DNA of 12,307 nt, taken from assembly GCA_048940645.1 (NCBI GenBank), contig JBHLOI010000068.1, forward strand, positions 1-12,307, in the 5' to 3' direction. Below the pieces are notes generated by a model. The model was not told the DNA's origin and did not search any database. It was given only the letters and a program-made list of their open reading frames with translations. Every line of letters begins with the position of its first letter. Position 1 is the first letter of the stretch. Below are positions 7,765 to 12,307 of this stretch, piece by piece. The DNA comes from Promethearchaeota archaeon (GTDB lineage: Archaea > Asgardarchaeota > Lokiarchaeia > Sigyniarchaeales > SOKP01). Made by a program: the position numbers and the translations under genes.

Positions 7765-8004
7765 CTACTTTACCCTTATTTTTTTCTTTAATTTTGTATA
7801 AATTACTCCCAGTATCATAGTAATTCCTATCAAGTATATGATAAGTAAATCATATCCAGGAATTGCTTCATCAGAAACAAGCAGGGGACAGCTCATCAAT
7901 GGAAAGTTATCTTTGCTTCCAGCAGACCCAGTTATATTATATGGAACATCACCAATTCCATTTTGGTCACTATCTACACCTGTATAATTGTCCCAATAAT
8001 TACC
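7765..8004 (-). pseudogene. Orphan C-terminal fragment (79 aa) of a NosD/beta-helix-type surface protein with a Loki-CTERM-like anchor
   Basis: GNYWDNYTGVDSDQNGIGDVPY...DNFPLM is the typical NosD/CASH C-terminal cap, followed by IPGYD, a TM helix and KLKKKIRVK. The upstream in-frame part (8005-8109) is the alternative frame of the ICMT gene. Confidence 0.75.
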
Positions 8005-8620
8005 TTTTGCTAAAAATTTTATATCTAAGTTTTGGAATAAAAGTTCCAGTTCTTTTTTGATAATTCTGATATTTTGCACCAAACCGTCTAATAAGGTCCT
8101 GTTCCTCATAATAAATCATAATCGGAACATATATTATAATATAGATGGTCATTAGAAGTACAAGAAACCATGAATTTGCCATAAATCCTATTGCTAGGAA
8201 TAATGGGAATTCTCCAAGAGACTGAGGGTGCCGGATATAATTATAGATGCCACCATATAGTTCTGTCTCTTTTGACGGCTGAAGTGTTTCTGAACCAGCA
8301 TCTCTCACTCCCTTCAATAAAATTGCTAAGCATGGAATGCTAATTATAATACCAATAACTAAACCGAATACATAATTGAAATGTACCTTCCAATTAATTA
8401 AAGGAAGAGGGAACCAAATCCATAATATAAGTGTTATTACGATAATAAACTCAAATATACTTGCAATTATACGCAATTTCATGCATTCTTTCCATGCTCG
8501 TTCACCCTTCCTTTTTTCCCTCTTAATTGGTTGGACACTTAAGGTATAAAAATAACTAAAAAGAAATAAGCTTACTAATAATAAACTGAAATTTACCCAT
8601 TCAATCATATATATTCCCAT
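8000..8620 (-). CDS. Isoprenylcysteine carboxyl methyltransferase (ICMT/PEMT) family membrane methyltransferase
   Basis: Several TM helices; GGIYNYIRHPQSLG; EEQDLIRRFGAKYQNYQKRTGTFIP. Confidence 0.88.
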   Translation of the reverse strand: MGIYMIEWVNFSLLLVSLFLFSYFYTLSVQPIKREKRKGERAWKECMKLRIIASIFEFIIVITLILWIWFPLPLINWKVHFNYVFGLVIGIIISIPCLAILLKGVRDAGSETLQPSKETELYGGIYNYIRHPQSLGEFPLFLAIGFMANSWFLVLLMTIYIIIYVPIMIYYEEQDLIRRFGAKYQNYQKRTGTFIPKLRYKIFSKR

Positions 8621-8731
8621 TAATTAATACATATATTAGTTTTTTCAGTAAGAAATAAAAAATTGAAAAAGAAATTTAAAAAATTAAGCTTTACAAGTAT
8701 ATTTATAAAAATACAAAATTATTGTAAGATT

Positions 8732-9136
8732 ATGCCTAAACCATTTCCTCTTAAAATGAAAGGTTTTCATAAATTTGGAGATTTACTCGGTTTTGAATTT
8801 ACAAAATTTGAAACTGGATATTCTCAATGTGTTCTACAGATAAATGAGAAGCATTTTAATCCACATAATGTGGTGCATGGAGGCGTTTTATATTCAATGG
8901 CAGACACAGGTATGGGTGGTGCATTATATTCTTTATTAGAAAAAGGCGAATTGTGTGCGACTGTGGAAATTAAAATAAGCTATTTTAAACCAGTAAGGGA
9001 AGGAACAATTATATGTAATACTAAGGTGATCCATAAAGGGAAAACGATTGGTGTTCTTGAATCAGAAATTTTAAATGGCGAAAATCTTGTTGCGAAAGCC
9101 TATGGAACCTATTCGATTTTTAGAGTTAAAGTCTAA
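8732..9136 (+). CDS. PaaI family (hotdog-fold) thioesterase
   Basis: HFNPHNVVHGGVLYSMAD..MG, ATVEIKISYFKPV. ATG 8732 preferred over TTG 8663 because TTTATAAA at 8702-8709 suggests a leaderless mRNA. Confidence 0.9.
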   Translation: MPKPFPLKMKGFHKFGDLLGFEFTKFETGYSQCVLQINEKHFNPHNVVHGGVLYSMADTGMGGALYSLLEKGELCATVEIKISYFKPVREGTIICNTKVIHKGKTIGVLESEILNGENLVAKAYGTYSIFRVKV

Positions 9137-9159
9137 GAATCGGATAATCTGAGCTAAAA

Positions 9160-9894
9160 TCAGAGTGTTTTAGAAGGAATTTTCGCTTCTTTTAGGATTT
9201 TTTCATACTTTTTTAAATTTGGCAGGTTATTATTCTTTGCATTTGTCAGAGTCTTATTTATTGGATAAAAAATCCTTCGAATTAAACATTTAGGGATATT
9301 ATTTTTAATTTTAAGTAGACCATAAGATGCCCTACTATCTCCATCTAAAGGCATTCCAATACTTCCTACATTAAAGATTACTTTATTTTCAATCTTTCTA
9401 ATGTACGGAATATGGGTATGTCCGCATATTACAATGGATTCTTCTATATTCGAAAAAATTTCATTAAGTTCTTCCCTTGTTGTGTGTTCTCCTATACCCT
9501 CTGAAATAGACCTTGGGGATCCATGCACCGCTAAGATACTAACTCCTCCTATTTCAAAAGAACATTGCTCAGGTGGGCTTAATAAAAATTCTATTGATTC
9601 TCGGTTTAAATGATCCCGAGCATAAAGGTAATTTTGATATAATTCTACTTCATGTTTTGTAGCTGGAGACCAATTATCATCAATTTCTTCAAACCAAGCA
9701 TCTGTGTTACCTTTAATCCAGCAAATACATTTTAAATTTCGCAATTCTTGAAATACTTCCGATGGAGAGGGTCCATTTATGACCAAATCACCTAAAAATG
9801 CAACTTCTGACACATTGAGAGATTTCATATCAGAAAGCACTGCACTTAATGCGGTAAGATTTCCATGAATATCAGAAAGTATCGCAATCTTCAT
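9160..9894 (-). CDS. Metallophosphoesterase family protein (calcineurin-like, YfcE/MJ0936-type)
   Basis: SDIHGN, LGDLV, KGNTD, VHGSP, CGHTH, NVGSIG. Confidence 0.92.
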   Translation of the reverse strand: MKIAILSDIHGNLTALSAVLSDMKSLNVSEVAFLGDLVINGPSPSEVFQELRNLKCICWIKGNTDAWFEEIDDNWSPATKHEVELYQNYLYARDHLNRESIEFLLSPPEQCSFEIGGVSILAVHGSPRSISEGIGEHTTREELNEIFSNIEESIVICGHTHIPYIRKIENKVIFNVGSIGMPLDGDSRASYGLLKIKNNIPKCLIRRIFYPINKTLTNAKNNNLPNLKKYEKILKEAKIPSKTL

Positions 9895-9980
9895 AATAAA
9901 GATATTAATAATAATTTTGATTTTCTTAAAAAATAATAATAATATAATAAAAAAGGATTTTGTATTAAAAAGTTAAATAA

Positions 9981-11147
9981 TTATTTGCGGTATGATCCAT
10001 AAGTTTTACACGTATCACACATAGCTTTAAGATTTTCCAATTTTGCATCATCTGGAATTTCAGAACCGACAATTAAACCTCCACCATCAGCACACTTATC
10101 GATTATCTCTTTAACTTGTTTTTCAACCATATTTGGGGTGCCAATCGTGAATAATGAAGGTTTGAGATTTCCTTCAATGCATATATGACCCCCAAGTATT
10201 TCTTTAGCTTTAAAGATATTAGTTCTCTCGTCCATATGAAGGTAAATCTTTCCTTTTGGTAATTCGAGTAGATAATGTAAACGATCGGTCCAATTAGTGT
10301 CCATATGTAGTTGGACAATATATCCTTTTTTTACATAAGTACTGACAGTTTTTTTGAAATAAGGCCAAAACATTTCCTCAAAGTGTTTAATAGAAATAAA
10401 ATCAGCGCTTGCTCTTACTGCTCCAACAAGAAGAGTTTTTCCTTGACTTTGTGTAATACCGTACTCTCCCATACGTATGAAGTCGTCAGTATATTTATCG
10501 CAGATTTCGATAATTTTTTCTTTATGGCGATAAATATCCTTCATGAAATTAGTAGAGCCTCGAAACGTTGAGAGAAGATCAAAAACTGTACTTCCTGCCC
10601 CGTCATTAAATGTGGGTACTTGAAAGTGTTCCCACCACTTTATCGTATATTCTACTACTTTTGGAGCAATCTTATTTAATTTCATCATATCACCCATCTT
10701 AGCACTATTAAAATTAGCAAGCCAAAAAAATCCTTCTTCCAAAATTCTATCATAATCTTCAGCTTTAAGAAACGGATCCGTTAAGGCTCTTTCAGATAAT
10801 TGGGGCGAAGCATTAGGTGGCAGTTGACGGCCGGGTATTTGCCAATCTAAATAATAAACTGAAAACATATCTGGAAATGGATTTATATATTGCATATACA
10901 TACCACCACCTGCCATTGCAATATCAAATCCTCCCATTTTATGATAAATCCATTCCATTGCTTCTTGAGCTTTCTCAGGATTCTCAAGCATATCTTGAGC
11001 AGTTATATGATCGAGATATTTAGTTTGCATAAAGTCAATCAATGGCCAAACAGGAACCCTATCAGTTTCTTTTAATTCCATTGCTGTTAGCATTCTTTCA
11101 ACACTTGTCATCGCTTCTTCTTTTATTGGTTCCAACTTAGGCTTCAC
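9981..11147 (-). CDS. URO-D superfamily TIM-barrel protein, probable corrinoid-dependent methyltransferase
   Basis: MTSVERML..M...TDRVPV, STFRG.TNFMKDIY, FEEMFWPYFKK, IFKAKEILGGHICIEGNL, GGGLIV, AKLENLKAM; coupled to the corrinoid gene. The start may instead be TTG 11135, which follows GAGGTGA. Confidence 0.85.
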   Translation of the reverse strand: MKPKLEPIKEEAMTSVERMLTAMELKETDRVPVWPLIDFMQTKYLDHITAQDMLENPEKAQEAMEWIYHKMGGFDIAMAGGGMYMQYINPFPDMFSVYYLDWQIPGRQLPPNASPQLSERALTDPFLKAEDYDRILEEGFFWLANFNSAKMGDMMKLNKIAPKVVEYTIKWWEHFQVPTFNDGAGSTVFDLLSTFRGSTNFMKDIYRHKEKIIEICDKYTDDFIRMGEYGITQSQGKTLLVGAVRASADFISIKHFEEMFWPYFKKTVSTYVKKGYIVQLHMDTNWTDRLHYLLELPKGKIYLHMDERTNIFKAKEILGGHICIEGNLKPSLFTIGTPNMVEKQVKEIIDKCADGGGLIVGSEIPDDAKLENLKAMCDTCKTYGSYRK

Positions 11148-11781
11148 CTCTTAGCCAGTTGTTCACAATTTTTACGCCTTCAAAAGCATTATCAGTAAAC
11201 GCGTCTGCACCTGCTTCTTTCATCCACAGTTCATCTACGGGAAGACCACCTATAATAATTTTTACTTGATCTCTAAGACCCGCAACTTTTAAAGCTTCGG
11301 TTGTAGCATTCATTGCCTCTAAAGCAACTGTCAAGAGTCCCGAATAAGCAACGATTTTCGCACCAGTTTCTTTTACTTTTTCTACAAACTTATCTGGAGG
11401 AATATCAACCCCCAAATCAATAACATTATAACCAGCTGATTTTAATAATGTAACAAATATATTCTTTCCGATGTCATGAACATCCCCTTTTACAGTGCCA
11501 ACTACAATAGTTTCTAAATTATCTCCACTAACATTGTCTTTTTTCATGTGTGGTTCGAGTATTACAGCTGATTGGGAAAATATCTCTCCGGCCATAACCA
11601 ATTCTGTTAGGAAATATTCCTTATTGTTAAATTTATCTCCAACAACTTCCACTCCCTTTCGTAAAATATCAATAATATCCTTGGGATCAGTTCCTCCATC
11701 AACTAATTCTTTAACCAATTCATAGGCTTTCTCTTCATCTAATTCTATAATTGCTTTGACTAAATCTTCTTGATTCCCCAT
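11137..11781 (-). CDS. Methyltransferase cognate corrinoid (B12-binding) protein
   Basis: Cap domain (GVEVVGDKF...YFLTELVMAGE), GTVKGDVHDIGKN (DxHxxG), DLGVD, SGLLT, IIGG, GAD. ATG 11781 chosen because GGAGGT lies at 11792-11797. Confidence 0.95.
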   Translation of the reverse strand: MGNQEDLVKAIIELDEEKAYELVKELVDGGTDPKDIIDILRKGVEVVGDKFNNKEYFLTELVMAGEIFSQSAVILEPHMKKDNVSGDNLETIVVGTVKGDVHDIGKNIFVTLLKSAGYNVIDLGVDIPPDKFVEKVKETGAKIVAYSGLLTVALEAMNATTEALKVAGLRDQVKIIIGGLPVDELWMKEAGADAFTDNAFEGVKIVNNWLRGEA

Positions 11782-11785
11782 GATC

Positions 11786-11935
11786 TTATTTACCTCCAAG
11801 TTTTTTTTTTATGAAGCCAAAGATTAATCGACGCATCGTGAATGGTTTTCCTTTTTTTCCCCAAAGGATACGCCCTATAGCTTTGTGAATTTCTTCTTGA
11901 CTTGAATAATCTGGTTTTTTCAAAAATTCTTCCAT
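11786..11935 (-). CDS. Small ORF (49 aa), first gene of the corrinoid operon
   Basis: MEEFLKKPDYSSQEEIHKAIGRILWGKKGKPFTMRRLIFGFIKKKLGGK*; RBS GGGGA at 11944-11948, 8 nt before ATG. Its last codons contain the corrinoid RBS, and its stop lies 4 nt before the corrinoid ATG. Confidence 0.7.
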   Translation of the reverse strand: MEEFLKKPDYSSQEEIHKAIGRILWGKKGKPFTMRRLIFGFIKKKLGGK

Positions 11936-12004
11936 CTATTTAATCCCCTTTATTGTTGTTTAGAATTCTATAATTTAATTACAAAGAATAATGTGTTAAA
12001 GTAT

Positions 12005-12012
12005 TATATAAA
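12005..12012 (-). promoter_or_regulatory. Putative TATA box of the small ORF-corrinoid-methyltransferase operon
   Basis: TTTATATA on the minus strand about 70 nt upstream of ATG 11935. Confidence 0.45.
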
Positions 12013-12174
12013 GTTAGTCTTATCCAAGAAGATAATAATAATAATGATAAGATTTTAGACTATTTTGTAAGCTAAAATCCCAAAAATTTTTAAATAGAAA
12101 AAGCACAATAATCAATTACGCAATTTTAAGCGTTTTGGGTTGAGAACATTGAGAAATAAAATTAAACTTTTTAC

Positions 12175-12306
12175 CTATCTGTTCAGATCTTTTAGAGCAT
12201 CCGCAGCAATACTCACAACAATCATAAGTCTCATTGATGCTGAATGGCAACCTTGTTGTTCAAGTACTTCAGCTAAATTAATTAGATCCACGACGGCTTT
12301 AAGTAG
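12175..12306 (-). CDS. 3' end of a helical hypothetical protein entering from the right edge
   Basis: Open frame ...LLKAVVDLINLAEVLEQQGCHSASMRLMIVVSIAADALKDLNR* with TAG at 12175-12177; less AT-rich than the flanking intergenic DNA. Confidence 0.6.
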   Translation of the reverse strand, partial: LLKAVVDLINLAEVLEQQGCHSASMRLMIVVSIAADALKDLNR

Positions 12307-12307
12307 A

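Noticed and set aside
7863-8060. 65-aa His-rich plus-strand ORF
   Set aside because: Antisense to the NosD-type tail and the ICMT end; no start signals.
8005-8109. N-terminal 35 aa of the 114-aa track ORF
   Set aside because: Alternative frame of the conserved ICMT C-terminus; no RBS, signal peptide or beta-helix repeats.
8663-8731. N-terminal extension of the PaaI thioesterase
   Set aside because: AT-rich sequence containing the likely TATA box; ATG 8732 gives a normal hotdog-fold length.
9401-11725. Short ORFs 9401-9613, 10103-10318, 10311-10571, 10817-11023, 10890-11075 and 11495-11725
   Set aside because: All lie within well-supported genes, on the antisense strand or in an alternative frame.
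9160-11935. Pyrrolysine or selenocysteine recoding, or a cobalamin riboswitch, at the methyltransferase locus
   Set aside because: The corrinoid and URO-D genes have no in-frame TAG/TGA and end in TAA; the phosphoesterase TGA is followed by TAG two codons later; the upstream GC-richer stretch is explained by the 49-aa ORF and shows no B12-box.
1-12307. CRISPR array, tRNA/rRNA, IS element or integrase
   Set aside because: No regularly spaced repeats, GC-rich structured RNA, transposase motifs or terminal inverted repeats were seen by eye.

Overview
AT-rich archaeal window, most consistent with an Asgard archaeon of the Lokiarchaeia type. The evidence is TATA/BRE promoters, a tail-less Rab-like small GTPase, a longin-like protein and an IPGY-TM-basic (Loki-CTERM-like) sorting signal. 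Most genes look independently transcribed: SET-domain protein, EamA/DMT transporter, Rab-like GTPase, ferritin, a Cys-motif hypothetical, SDR, RNase Z-like MBL hydrolase, GyrI-like protein, putative longin+roadblock protein, ICMT-family methyltransferase, PaaI thioesterase, metallophosphoesterase, and a corrinoid protein + URO-D-fold methyltransferase operon. Reading the DNA directly adds features missing from the ORF track: two small ORFs with RBS-like motifs (49 aa leading the corrinoid operon, with an A10 tract where loss of one base fuses it to the corrinoid protein; 45 aa at 5842-5979), two edge-truncated ORFs, an orphan surface-protein tail joined out of frame to the ICMT stop codon, and perfect inverted repeats upstream of the ferritin and GyrI-like genes. 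No rRNA, tRNA, CRISPR array or transposase was recognised. All family calls come from motif recognition by eye, not database searches.
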